Of a stretch of DNA of 62,833 nucleotides, positions 47,279-56,505 are shown piece by piece (position 1 is the stretch's first letter; every line of letters starts with the position of its first letter). The notes under the pieces were generated by a model. It worked only from the letters and a program-made list of their open reading frames with translations. It was not told the DNA's origin and did not search any database. The position numbers were made by a program, and so were the translations under genes. Source of the DNA: a virus (Duplodnaviria; Caudoviricetes); IMG/VR virus record IMGVR_UViG_3300023184_000120, positions 1-62,833 of that record; one strand, 5' to 3'.

Positions 47279-47465
47279 CGTCTTTCTTTCGCTTAAAAAG
47301 CGTGCTGAATTCTTTGCCGGTGGCCATCTCGTATATACGCATCAAGCCAACAACCGCGCCAATAAATCCAAACACAGGTGAAATTACCTCAAAGAAAGTT
47401 CCAACAGTTGTGAATATTGCCACAACATCTAGTACATTTTTTACGTTGTCTGTATGCTCAGTCAT
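47262..47465 (-). CDS. Small membrane protein (holin-like)
   Basis: Two short hydrophobic segments followed by RIYE. Confidence 0.55.
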   Translation of the reverse strand: MTEHTDNVKNVLDVVAIFTTVGTFFEVISPVFGFIGAVVGLMRIYEMATGKEFSTLFKRKKDDAIDK

Positions 47466-47466
47466 A

Positions 47467-47724
47467 TCAACATTTCCATCTTGCAAGAGCAGCCGCCTTA
47501 CGGGTGGGCTTACCCTTCTCGTCTTTCATAGGGCCGGGCATACCTGACATGCGTGCGCAGAACGAGTCTTTGCGCTTACCGCCTTGGGGCTGTGGAGCCT
47601 TCAGGTTACTACCTGTAGCCGCGTTGTACTTAGCCCTGCCTTTGGCAGTCAAGCCCGCCCCCTTGGATACGGGCAATTTCTCACCTCTTCCAACTGATAG
47701 GACGGGGCCTTTTTTCTTAGCCAT
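47467..47724 (-). CDS. Small basic protein
   Basis: GLTAKGR..YN, RKDSFCARM.GM, AL.RWKC. Confidence 0.75.
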   Translation of the reverse strand: MAKKKGPVLSVGRGEKLPVSKGAGLTAKGRAKYNAATGSNLKAPQPQGGKRKDSFCARMSGMPGPMKDEKGKPTRKAAALARWKC

Positions 47725-47995
47725 AGAACACAACCGCTGTAGTTGTTGCCGATACTACCGCAGAGATATTGGTACTGCATTTAATACCTTCTCCGGGGAA
47801 TACCATGTAAATAGAACCCGCCGCCGCTGGCGCAGTAAAAGAGAACATGGCTGTGCCGCCTGTGCCGTCATTTAATACAACTGTTGCGCCTGTTGAATAG
47901 CTAATCGAGACACCCTTAATACGGGCTGGGCCAGCAAAAATAGTGGTAGTTGCATTAGCTGCCGCCGCGCCTGATTTAACGTCTGTTTGCATCAT
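47717..47995 (-). CDS. Small virion structural protein
   Basis: MQTDVK, PGEGI, C-terminal VFYG; AAGGAG RBS. Confidence 0.65.
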   Translation of the reverse strand: MMQTDVKSGAAAANATTTIFAGPARIKGVSISYSTGATVVLNDGTGGTAMFSFTAPAAAGSIYMVFPGEGIKCSTNISAVVSATTTAVVFYG

Positions 47996-48010
47996 AATTA
48001 ATCTCCTTGT

Positions 48011-48030
48011 AAATGGGGGCCAAAGCCCCC
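48011..48030 (-). terminator. GC hairpin, weak terminator-like
   Basis: GGGGGC-TTTG-GCCCCC followed by ATTT on the - strand. Confidence 0.45.
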
Positions 48031-48038
48031 TAGACTAA

Positions 48039-48503
48039 TTACTGTTGTTGGGCAGGTTGGGCTTGATTGCCGCTTGCGTCACGTACAGCGTAAGTGATAA
48101 CAATAGTTGCAGCGCCAGTAGTTAAGGAAGTACCAGCCAGTGTATAAGTAATGAATGTGTCTGTTGAACCAACATTCAACCAACCACCGGGAGTTGTTGC
48201 ATTAGCGCCCAAAGCCACGCTACCCACACTAGTAATAGTGCCTGTGGTAGTAAAGTCTGTACCACCAATGCTCAATTTGCAGGTTGTAGCTGCGCTAAAA
48301 ACAGTAGTTGTAACAACTTTAACGTCAATGATTTGTGAACCAGCAGGAACGGCAATAGCGTTACCGGTCAATGTGCCAAACACAACGTCTGCTGATTGAG
48401 AAACTACTGTGCAGCCAGTGTTGCGTGTTGTAGCGGCTGTTGTGCCAGTGGTGTTTTTGGTTGTACCAAGCAGCCAAGGGCCTAGGTGTGTTGCGAATCC
48501 CAT
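48039..48503 (-). CDS. Capsid-associated (decoration-like) protein
   Basis: Thr/Gly-rich beta protein immediately downstream of the major capsid gene. Confidence 0.55.
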   Translation of the reverse strand: MGFATHLGPWLLGTTKNTTGTTAATTRNTGCTVVSQSADVVFGTLTGNAIAVPAGSQIIDVKVVTTTVFSAATTCKLSIGGTDFTTTGTITSVGSVALGANATTPGGWLNVGSTDTFITYTLAGTSLTTGAATIVITYAVRDASGNQAQPAQQQ

Positions 48504-48510
48504 GATATTT

Positions 48511-48585
48511 CCTTACATACAAGTTAAGTGCATCAATCTGTATGTCGTCAGCCGGGACTGTTTGATGCACCGGAAAGCCCGGATT
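48511..48585 (-). ncRNA. Candidate structured cis-regulatory leader (interleaved helices)
   Basis: Three complementary pairs: CCGGG/CCCGG, GTGCATCAA/TTGATGCAC, ACATACA/TGTATGT next to the RBS. Confidence 0.5.
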
Positions 48586-48601
48586 AAAGTCAATATACAC
48601 C

Positions 48602-48630
48602 AAAAGAAAAGGGGGCACAAGGCCCCCTTT
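48602..48630 (-). terminator. Intrinsic terminator after the major capsid gene
   Basis: AAAGGGGGC-CTTGT-GCCCCCTTTTCTTTT on the - strand. Confidence 0.8.
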
Positions 48631-48649
48631 ACATATTTCCGAAGAAATA

Positions 48650-49561
48650 TTAGGACGAACCGGGTGAACCGAAGACACCCAATGGGTCAGACCAACCAAA
48701 ACTATAACGCTCACGTGCTTTGTAGCGAACGTTTCCAGTGTCGAAGTCTCCATCCATTGACGTAGACAGTGCCATACGCTCGAAGTGCTTCAAGCCGTTA
48801 GGTACGTCAGTTGTCAAGAACCAGCCGTTTGTGTCGGTCAGGTAGTGGTTGATTGTGTAACCATCAGGAATTGAACCGTTGTTCTTCAACGCGTTGATGT
48901 CGTTGTCTGTTGTACCAACACGCAGGCTGGTTTCGAGCAAACGAGTAGCAACGAACTGAAGTGCTGGAGGCACGATCAATTTCTTAGGCTTAGCAGCGAT
49001 CAACAGGCCACGCTCATCAGTCCAAGCGGCGATCTGAATCACAGCGTTTTCCAACGATGTTTCATTCAAGTCAGCATTGGTTGAAGGACGATTGCTGTTA
49101 GTACCACCAGACACCAATGGGTGCGCTGTAGAGAACAGAGCAACACCATCACCACCGGGGTAGGCTGCGCTGAAACCGTTGTTTAGAACGGATGCAGCTT
49201 TAACCTGCTTGGTGTAAGCCATAGCACGAGCCAAGCCCTTGGTGTAGCGAGCAGACAAGCTGTCGTACAAGTTATCTTCAACCGCTTCTTCAGTGATTGA
49301 GAAACCCAAGGCGATGGTTTCGTGGTTATAGCGAGCCGTGAACGCTTCTTGCGCATTGTCATAAGCAATGGCTGAACCCTCGTTCTTGACTGGAGCAGCA
49401 GAGAAACCAGAAAGTTTGGTCTCTTCTTCAAAGCTACGCTCAGATTTCTCTGTTTCGTAGAGTTCTTTGTGCTCTTCGCCGTAAGTAGCGTACTGCAAGC
49501 CAAACAAGGCGTTGAGGCCCGGGAGCAGTTCTTTAAGTAGTTGTGCGCGTGAAATTGCCAT
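48650..49561 (-). CDS. Major capsid protein
   Basis: MAISRAQLLKELLPGLNALFG, K.EG.AI.YD, TEEAVEDNLY, ARERYSFGWSD; strong codon bias; context. Confidence 0.88.
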   Translation of the reverse strand: MAISRAQLLKELLPGLNALFGLQYATYGEEHKELYETEKSERSFEEETKLSGFSAAPVKNEGSAIAYDNAQEAFTARYNHETIALGFSITEEAVEDNLYDSLSARYTKGLARAMAYTKQVKAASVLNNGFSAAYPGGDGVALFSTAHPLVSGGTNSNRPSTNADLNETSLENAVIQIAAWTDERGLLIAAKPKKLIVPPALQFVATRLLETSLRVGTTDNDINALKNNGSIPDGYTINHYLTDTNGWFLTTDVPNGLKHFERMALSTSMDGDFDTGNVRYKARERYSFGWSDPLGVFGSPGSS

Positions 49562-49574
49562 AGTAATTTACTCC

Positions 49575-50399
49575 TTAAGCAATGCTGGTGCCAGCATAAT
49601 ACTGATGCTGACCAAAGTTGATTTTGACCAGAATCTCTGGGTACTGCATCAACACAATGTTAGTGTTCAATGTAGCAACAGGAGCTTGATTCAAAATAAA
49701 CGATGTAGCACCGGCGGCTGCGGCGGTGTCAACGAAAGAACCGGAAGAAACGTATTGACCGTTTGAATCCAGCGAGCCAACGTCAGTACCGACAGGTAAC
49801 GCAAACGGCAGAGCCGAGCAAGTTACAGTAGCGGTAGAAATGCTGGTATACGTCACAGTTCCAAGTGAAACAGCCGTATCAGGCACCAAACCAAGCACGC
49901 GAACGGGCAAAGATGATGTGGTAGCGGGTGTATCGCTAGGGGCCAACGCTGCGTTCTTAGAGTCGCCAGTTGCAGTGTTACCTGTGTTGTTAATCATGGC
50001 CAAATTCTGACCAATCATTGCACGGGCACCAGAAGCAACAGCAGTAGTTGCAGAGCAAACCACAACCTTAAAAACTGCATCGGGATCATCACTGACAATG
50101 GCTACTGCATCGCCAGCCGCAGTAGATGCGGGCCAGTATTGCGAGAAGGTCAACTGTTTAGTGACAGGGTTTGTAAAACGGCATCCTAAGAAGACACCTG
50201 TTTGATTGCCTGCTGTGCCAGTAGACACAGACAAACGAACGATTTCACCACGAGACAAGCCTACGTAATCACCGTAGAAAATGTTTGTAGCGTAAGCGTT
50301 AGTAATCGGATACTCACGAGTAGAACCCGCAAATACCTGACCTCCGATCAAGTTGATCGGTTTTAGCCCGTAAGGGGCGTCAATAACCGGATAAGCCAT
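49575..50399 (-). CDS. Capsid cement/minor head protein
   Basis: APYGLKP, IFYGD.V, GVF.GC, V.DDP motifs; immediately upstream of MCP. Confidence 0.6.
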   Translation of the reverse strand: MAYPVIDAPYGLKPINLIGGQVFAGSTREYPITNAYATNIFYGDYVGLSRGEIVRLSVSTGTAGNQTGVFLGCRFTNPVTKQLTFSQYWPASTAAGDAVAIVSDDPDAVFKVVVCSATTAVASGARAMIGQNLAMINNTGNTATGDSKNAALAPSDTPATTSSLPVRVLGLVPDTAVSLGTVTYTSISTATVTCSALPFALPVGTDVGSLDSNGQYVSSGSFVDTAAAAGATSFILNQAPVATLNTNIVLMQYPEILVKINFGQHQYYAGTSIA

Positions 50400-50411
50400 T
50401 TAAAGACTCCT

Positions 50412-50870
50412 TTATTTAGAACCTGAACCAAATCCTTGTCCGCGACTTGATGTTGACTTGCGGTCAGCAAACAAGGGCATCCGAGGGTCGTTATTTCGCA
50501 TGAAATGATTGTCAACTGAATCCATCTGGTTTTGGGCTTGCTTGTTGTAATACTCAGCGCGGGCTTGGATGCGTTCCTTGGGGGCTTTGCAAAGCATCAG
50601 CCCACCAATTTCCACATTGCCGTTTGCGTTGTTGCCAAACAAAGCCAATTCTGGATGATCCACTGCTTTCACCGGCTCATAACCATCGCGCATCTGTAAA
50701 GACACGTTGTTGGCTAATGGCTGACCTAGCACGTGAGTCGCTACCCAGCGAAACTCGTAATCTGGATCAGGTGTCGGATCGGGCAGGTTGCTCGGTGGTA
50801 CGTATACCGTACGAGCAGATTTATCGCGTGATTTAGTGTCACGATTTGAGCGGTCAATAGTTTCAGCCAT
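50412..50870 (-). CDS. Conserved head-module protein
   Basis: PPS.LP.P, FRW, R.GYEPV, IGGLMLCK. Confidence 0.65.
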   Translation of the reverse strand: MAETIDRSNRDTKSRDKSARTVYVPPSNLPDPTPDPDYEFRWVATHVLGQPLANNVSLQMRDGYEPVKAVDHPELALFGNNANGNVEIGGLMLCKAPKERIQARAEYYNKQAQNQMDSVDNHFMRNNDPRMPLFADRKSTSSRGQGFGSGSK

Positions 50871-50871
50871 T

Positions 50872-51822
50872 TTAATTCTCCAACTTTGCTACTTGAACAG
50901 CGTATTGCTGTGGGGTTAAACCAAATTTTTTCGCTAACGCTACTTGCGTTTGAGTTAGCCTAATTTTTCCTGCACTCGTAGAACGAGATACAGAGGCAAC
51001 CACTGTCGTAGGTCGTTTTTGAACCTCACCAGACCTTGGCTTGTCATTTGCTTGACCGAATAAATCCGGAAAAGTTGACTTCATGCGACCATCAATTTGA
51101 TCGAAATATTCAGCAGAGCGGGGATCCACTCCGTTTGTGACTAGTTTTTGGTGCAGCCCTAGTGCGTAGCTGGTGTATTCCTCAAACCCTTGCTGTCCGA
51201 ACCACTGGTTTTTTGCCTGCCAGCGCAGAGTTTTTTCGTCCGGTTCAGCCCTTGAAGGTTGGGCTTGAGTAGTTTGTACCTCAAAATTTTCTTCCTGTAA
51301 AGGGGTAGGACGATAATTTTTTACTTGTTCAGCACGAATCTTTGCGTCCATCACAGCTTCTTGGGCTTCAATGATGGCATCTGTGTCGAACGATTCTTGT
51401 GCTGCTTTGAGTCTGCCACGGGCTTTATCCAGCTCACTTTCGGCCTTTGACTTAGCACCCTCAATGATGGCTTCTTGCCCTGTGTAGACGTTTTGCTTGA
51501 GGCGTTTGTTCTCCTCAATTAACTGCTGTGCAAGACGCTCAAGTTCTTGCTTCTCACGCATTGTTGCTTCTTTGACACGGCGCTCGTCATGACGGGCGTG
51601 GGTCAGCTCTTTAATGCGCCCCTTGACTTTGTCAGAATAAGACTCGATTTCTTCATCGGTCGGATCAAGCACTTCCCGGTCTAGGGGCTTGCGGCCCCTG
51701 TCACGCTCGGGCGTGTCGTCTTCGATTTCAATCTCTATCTCGCCTTCGCCTTCTATTTCAAACTCCACGTTTGATGTTTTTTTGTCCTCGACTTCGTCGG
51801 GGAACTTGTACGGTTCAGCCAT
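50872..51822 (-). CDS. Capsid scaffolding protein
   Basis: Acidic N-terminus, long coiled coil, W..KN.WFG, C-terminal LT..QVALAKKFGL...Y. Confidence 0.7.
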   Translation of the reverse strand: MAEPYKFPDEVEDKKTSNVEFEIEGEGEIEIEIEDDTPERDRGRKPLDREVLDPTDEEIESYSDKVKGRIKELTHARHDERRVKEATMREKQELERLAQQLIEENKRLKQNVYTGQEAIIEGAKSKAESELDKARGRLKAAQESFDTDAIIEAQEAVMDAKIRAEQVKNYRPTPLQEENFEVQTTQAQPSRAEPDEKTLRWQAKNQWFGQQGFEEYTSYALGLHQKLVTNGVDPRSAEYFDQIDGRMKSTFPDLFGQANDKPRSGEVQKRPTTVVASVSRSTSAGKIRLTQTQVALAKKFGLTPQQYAVQVAKLEN

Positions 51823-51832
51823 ATTCTTCCTT

Positions 51833-52264
51833 TCAAGCGCGGGTTAAGCCGCGGGGGTCTTGCACAACAGCATCAACTTGGTCGTCGTTGATGAGACGGA
51901 ACTCTTTACCAAAGATTTTGAATCTTGTACCGGAGTAAGTACGTACTAACACAAAGTCACCCTCTTTACACCATGCTCCGTTGGGGAACTTGGCGGTGTC
52001 CTTGTACGCATCGGGGCCAACTTTTAAGACAAACAGCACCGTGGTGGCGTGTTCTTCTTGGCGCATAAACTCAACTGGTTTATACAGGCTTGATCCTGCA
52101 ATTCTTTCGTCAACATCTGGCACAGCGCAAAGAATCTTCCAACCCGTGGGGATGGGGAGTTGCGTGGCTTTTTGTTCATCGCTAGAGTCAGGTTCAGGTG
52201 CATCCAAAGCTTGGATGGGGTCAGGCAGTGCAAAAGCACCGGGGGTTAGATCAATGTCACTCAT
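51833..52264 (-). CDS. groES: GroES-like co-chaperonin
   Basis: P.PTGWKIL, VLKVGPDAY, WCKEGDFV..R.YSG, EFRLINDD.V.AVV. Confidence 0.85.
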   Translation of the reverse strand: MSDIDLTPGAFALPDPIQALDAPEPDSSDEQKATQLPIPTGWKILCAVPDVDERIAGSSLYKPVEFMRQEEHATTVLFVLKVGPDAYKDTAKFPNGAWCKEGDFVLVRTYSGTRFKIFGKEFRLINDDQVDAVVQDPRGLTRA

Positions 52265-52451
52265 CTGATTCTTCAACTTTCTGCGCAAGGTCAATTAAAT
52301 AGCGCTCTGCGAGGGCTAGACCCTGAATAATCCCGCAGAGTTTTTGGTACTCTTCAAAAGTACGGCACGAACCCCCAGCCAAGTCATCGGCATAGTTGTT
52401 CATGTCAGTGCGTATTTTTTCACGTAATACGCGTACGAAGTCTTGGATCAT
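52257..52451 (-). CDS. Small head-module protein
   Basis: L..G....FEEYQ..CG.IQGL motif, between portal and GroES. Confidence 0.7.
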   Translation of the reverse strand: MIQDFVRVLREKIRTDMNNYADDLAGGSCRTFEEYQKLCGIIQGLALAERYLIDLAQKVEESDE

Positions 52452-54955
52452 GATTTAGGTTCCGTTTTGGGTTGGTTGCGTAACGTGTGCTGCAGTGCCG
52501 TAGTGCGTGCTTGCAAATCCATTTGCTTCTGGTTCTTTGCGATGTCAGCGCCCATTTGAATACCGGATCGCTCTTGCTCAAATTGTTGCTTGGCTTGGCT
52601 TTCTTTGATCTGTGCGCCAACACGCATAGATTCCAATTGCAGTTGACCGATGACTTTTTGTTCTTCCAACTCTTGTTTGTCGGAAGCGGCGGCGGCATCC
52701 ATCATCAACTTCTGTTTTTTCAACTCCAGCTCTTGGCCTTTAAGTTGCAACTCCTGCATCTGCAACTGCAACACGGGGTCTTGGGCTTGTTGCTGTGCCT
52801 GCATCTGAGCCGCCTTGGCTTGATCTTGTTGCAATACTTGTTGCGCGGCTTGAGCCATCATGCCCGACAAAGCAATCTCCACTTGCGGTGGCAACTTCTC
52901 GTCTTCGGGCGGTAGGGGCATACCCAGTTGTTGCTCGATCTTCTGACGCATCTGGTAACCAACGTGCTCTGCAATGTGCGCAGTGATTGCACCCATGATC
53001 TTGGGGGCTTGTGGGTTTTGGCCAATGAACTGCTGAATCAGGGGGTCTTGCAAGAGCATCATGTGCACTTGAATGTGCGAAGTATGGTCTTGATGCAAGA
53101 ACGCTTTCATGGGCTTACCCTTGAGCGTATTTTGATTTTCTTGCACTGGGTCTGTTGGCTTTTGATCGTCCTCAATGGGCACGAGTTTTTCGGCGTTCTT
53201 GATGCCCAATACGTTAAGCATGCCCCTGTGAAGTTCTGGCAAGTTGTAGATGTCCGGAGCCATCTGTGCCATCTGAATGACCGCTTGGTACTGAATAACG
53301 CGCTGAGACATGGTCGCAGCGTTGGGGTCTGACACGGGGATCACGTCCACCAAGTCGTAGTCGGCTTTTTTAGCTTTGCGAGTACCGTACTCGGGTGTGT
53401 ATGTGTAATCAGCGTCGGTGTAGTCGCGGATGATGTTCTTCAAGAGCTTAAACTCTTGCTTCAGGGCAAAGTGCACACGAGCCTGCACCGCAGTCATTAC
53501 TTTCAGTTGTCTTTCTAACAACGCAAGTGTGGTTCCCACGGGGGCCTGCGCAGACATATCGCTGACTTTCATGTCAGCAGTTGCGGCAAAACGCCTGCCT
53601 TCATCAACAATAGTCTGCATCAAGTTAAACAGCGTCTGGCTTGGCTCCTTGTATGGAAGCGGCAAGATGTTGTCGCGGATTGTGCCCGAGCCAACGTCTA
53701 CGTCTCGGAACTCTCCGGGGGCGATCGGTGTGTCGTCACCCTTGATGCGAAGACCCCGTGTCTTGAGTCCGCCGGGCAAGTTGCTGAGTGTTCCTGCATC
53801 GACAAGCTGGCGCATGAGGGATGTAGCGGATTTAGCAAAGCCTCCGATAAGATGGAACAGCCCGAAGCCGTAAGCTCCAAAACCCGGAATATATTGGTAG
53901 TGCACAAAGTGCTGGCGCTTGAGGCGAAGGTCATCTTCTTCCTTCCAGTTGCGGCGAATTGACAGGATGTCGTTAGAGCCTTTAATCAACGTGACCACGT
54001 ACGGCAGCATGATGCCGGTCTCTTCACCTGCGTCGTCTTTGTCTTCGTAACCCTCAAGGTTTAAATCAACGTGGCACTCATACAGGGTGTAGCGGTCGTC
54101 GTTCAAGTCACTAAAGCCTGTCTCTTTGTCCTTGGCTTTCTGAATGTCTGTCAGGTCTTTGGGCGAGTCTGGCAAGTCAATGTCAACGTAAAACCCAACT
54201 TGCTGGAGCTTAATAATCTCGTTCTTGGTCTTACGCATCACGTGTGTAATGCGGTAACAAGTATCCAAATCTGTTGTGCCGTACGGCAGATACATATCTT
54301 CCGCAGGAATAAACATCGACACCTGACGTCCCAAATTGGGATCGTAGTAGACCTTCTTAAACGCTGAGCCTGTGGCCGGTAGTGACCAGAGCATGCGCTC
54401 GTGTTCAGCGCGGTACTCCGTCATGACTTCCGTCAACTCGTAGTTCATGTCGTCTTCAACGTTAGACGCAACTTCTTTCATCTCTGGCGTTTCTTTGCCG
54501 ATGAGTTTGCTGCGCACAGGCCCTTGGGCTGGGAACGTCTCAGTGATTGTCTCTGCTTGAAAGCGCACAACGGCTTCTGTAATCATGGGGTGGAACACGC
54601 CGCATGCGCCGTTCCACGGTTCTGTTCTTTCCTCTATTTGAAGGCCAAGTAGTTTCAACCCATCAACGTAGGTCTTCTCCCAGTCCTTGCGGCCATTCTT
54701 GTCGTTGTCAATGTCAGACACCAAGTCCCCAGCCAACGACTGCAATGCGCCGTCTTTTATATACTCAGCCAAGTTGTCATCGAAGCCTTCTTCGGTGTCG
54801 TCCTCTCCGGGCTTGAGGCTAATCTCCATGCCGTCCATACCAATGGTAACTTCTTCGGGATCAACGATCTCGATCTCCAAGGGGGACTCTTGCTCGCCCA
54901 ACGCGTCAATGCCCAGTGGTTGTTGGTACAGCGCTTTGTCGATGTTCGTTGCCAT
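52448..54955 (-). CDS. Portal protein (P22-like, long Gln-rich C-terminus)
   Basis: GSAFKKVYYD, GFYG-like GFGAYGFG, LVDAGTLSNLPGG, PLPYKEPS, APVGTT; follows TerL. Confidence 0.88.
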   Translation of the reverse strand: MATNIDKALYQQPLGIDALGEQESPLEIEIVDPEEVTIGMDGMEISLKPGEDDTEEGFDDNLAEYIKDGALQSLAGDLVSDIDNDKNGRKDWEKTYVDGLKLLGLQIEERTEPWNGACGVFHPMITEAVVRFQAETITETFPAQGPVRSKLIGKETPEMKEVASNVEDDMNYELTEVMTEYRAEHERMLWSLPATGSAFKKVYYDPNLGRQVSMFIPAEDMYLPYGTTDLDTCYRITHVMRKTKNEIIKLQQVGFYVDIDLPDSPKDLTDIQKAKDKETGFSDLNDDRYTLYECHVDLNLEGYEDKDDAGEETGIMLPYVVTLIKGSNDILSIRRNWKEEDDLRLKRQHFVHYQYIPGFGAYGFGLFHLIGGFAKSATSLMRQLVDAGTLSNLPGGLKTRGLRIKGDDTPIAPGEFRDVDVGSGTIRDNILPLPYKEPSQTLFNLMQTIVDEGRRFAATADMKVSDMSAQAPVGTTLALLERQLKVMTAVQARVHFALKQEFKLLKNIIRDYTDADYTYTPEYGTRKAKKADYDLVDVIPVSDPNAATMSQRVIQYQAVIQMAQMAPDIYNLPELHRGMLNVLGIKNAEKLVPIEDDQKPTDPVQENQNTLKGKPMKAFLHQDHTSHIQVHMMLLQDPLIQQFIGQNPQAPKIMGAITAHIAEHVGYQMRQKIEQQLGMPLPPEDEKLPPQVEIALSGMMAQAAQQVLQQDQAKAAQMQAQQQAQDPVLQLQMQELQLKGQELELKKQKLMMDAAAASDKQELEEQKVIGQLQLESMRVGAQIKESQAKQQFEQERSGIQMGADIAKNQKQMDLQARTTALQHTLRNQPKTEPKS

Positions 54956-54963
54956 GTGTGTTC

Positions 54964-56505
54964 CTAGTAGTATTCGTATTTCCTGCGGCGAAAGATCTCA
55001 AGGTCATCTTTCTCATCCGTGTCCAAACTGATAAAGCCGCCTTGCCTAAAGCGCAGCAGCGCCTGTGTTGTCGTGTCCACGTAGTCGTCATGCTCCCCAA
55101 CTGGGAACGCGGCCATCTCTTCAATCACTTCCCGTGCCCAGCGTGTATCGGGTGCCCAGACTTTACCTGAACTGAACAAATCTGCAACCGCGTTGACACG
55201 CACCATCTTGTCGTTGCCCCTTGATGGGCTAAATTCTTGGACTGGGATCCCCAGTGCCCTAAGTTCTTGGATCAGTGGTGCGCCAGCCGCCTTTTTCTCC
55301 ACAATGAACGCGTCGGGTTCCCACTCTTTGTACTGTTTGAGCGCAACGACCTTGAGTTCGGGAAAAGCCATCCGGTCTTTGAACGCATCCAAAAGAATAA
55401 GCTGTGGTGAATCATTTTCTTCCTCGTTGTAGAAGATGCCCCACGTGGTGCAGGCTGAGTAGTCGGAGTTGTTCTTGGTTTCAAACGCCGTATCCCAAGA
55501 CTGAATGACGTATTCGCACTTTGGCGGGTCGTCGTGCTCCCAAATACGCCACATTTTACGGCTCACAATGGCCGAGTTCTCGCTTGTAGGCTGCTGCATG
55601 TACTGCGCGTTCCAATAACGCGGGTCAATACTGGCTTTTGTCGATTTCAACGCCTCAAGTGACCACTGCTCTGGCCATAGGGACTTCTCGTCGTCTTCGT
55701 TCTCGTTCAAAATGGCCGGCAACTCCACAATCTCCCATGGAACAGCCTCTGGATTCTTAGTCTGGTAGTCAATCAGGCGCCCAGTCAGGTCTAACAGCGA
55801 CCAACGGGTCATCACAATGATAATCCCACCGCCCGGCATCAAACGCTGCAAGGGGCCAGTCTGGAACCAAGACCAAGCTGTATCAAACGCGAGTCTAGAG
55901 TTGGATTTTACGTCCTGCTCCGAGTGAGGATCATCAATAACGAACAGATCAGCACCACGACCAGCAAGAGCGCCCCCGACACCAGCAGCGTAGTACTGAC
56001 CGCCAGCGCTTGTAGACCACTTACCGGCAGCCTTCTGGTCATCTGCCACCATAGTGTTGGGGAAAACTTCACGGTAATCCTCCGAATCGATCAAGTTCCT
56101 GATGCGCCGCCCAAAATCTTCCGACAAACCCGCAGTGTGCGTGCCCATAATGATCTTCTTCTCAGGGTACTTGCCTAAAAAATAAGCAGGGAACAGGTAT
56201 GAGGAGAACTCAGACTTACCCATACGAGGCGCGATGTTGATAATCACGCGCTTTTTGCGTCCTTCAACCACATCTGTGAAGATTTTGGCCAGCTTCTTGT
56301 GGTGTGGGCCGATCTTAAAGCCCGGATATACGGCAGTAGCGAATCCCAACATGTTTGTTTTAGCCGCCTGCAGTTTGGCGCGGGACTCCCGAAGCTCTAG
56401 GTCATTAAACAACTCCATCTTTTCTTTGACGCTCATGTGCGGCAGAGCCTTGGCCATAGCCTCTAGCTCAAGTTTGGTCAGTGTTGTGAAGTTTTCAGGC
56501 TTCAT
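54964..56505 (-). CDS. terL: Terminase large subunit
   Basis: APRMGKS Walker A, GRGADLFVIDDP, MTRW, SWDTA, DYSA, IVEKKA, HDDYVD. Confidence 0.95.
   Translation of the reverse strand: MKPENFTTLTKLELEAMAKALPHMSVKEKMELFNDLELRESRAKLQAAKTNMLGFATAVYPGFKIGPHHKKLAKIFTDVVEGRKKRVIINIAPRMGKSEFSSYLFPAYFLGKYPEKKIIMGTHTAGLSEDFGRRIRNLIDSEDYREVFPNTMVADDQKAAGKWSTSAGGQYYAAGVGGALAGRGADLFVIDDPHSEQDVKSNSRLAFDTAWSWFQTGPLQRLMPGGGIIIVMTRWSLLDLTGRLIDYQTKNPEAVPWEIVELPAILNENEDDEKSLWPEQWSLEALKSTKASIDPRYWNAQYMQQPTSENSAIVSRKMWRIWEHDDPPKCEYVIQSWDTAFETKNNSDYSACTTWGIFYNEEENDSPQLILLDAFKDRMAFPELKVVALKQYKEWEPDAFIVEKKAAGAPLIQELRALGIPVQEFSPSRGNDKMVRVNAVADLFSSGKVWAPDTRWAREVIEEMAAFPVGEHDDYVDTTTQALLRFRQGGFISLDTDEKDDLEIFRRRKYEYY

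Noticed and set aside
48511-48585. Hammerhead ribozyme (CUGACGA present)
   Set aside because: GAAA does not directly follow the candidate stem II and no NUH site precedes stem I in the right register.
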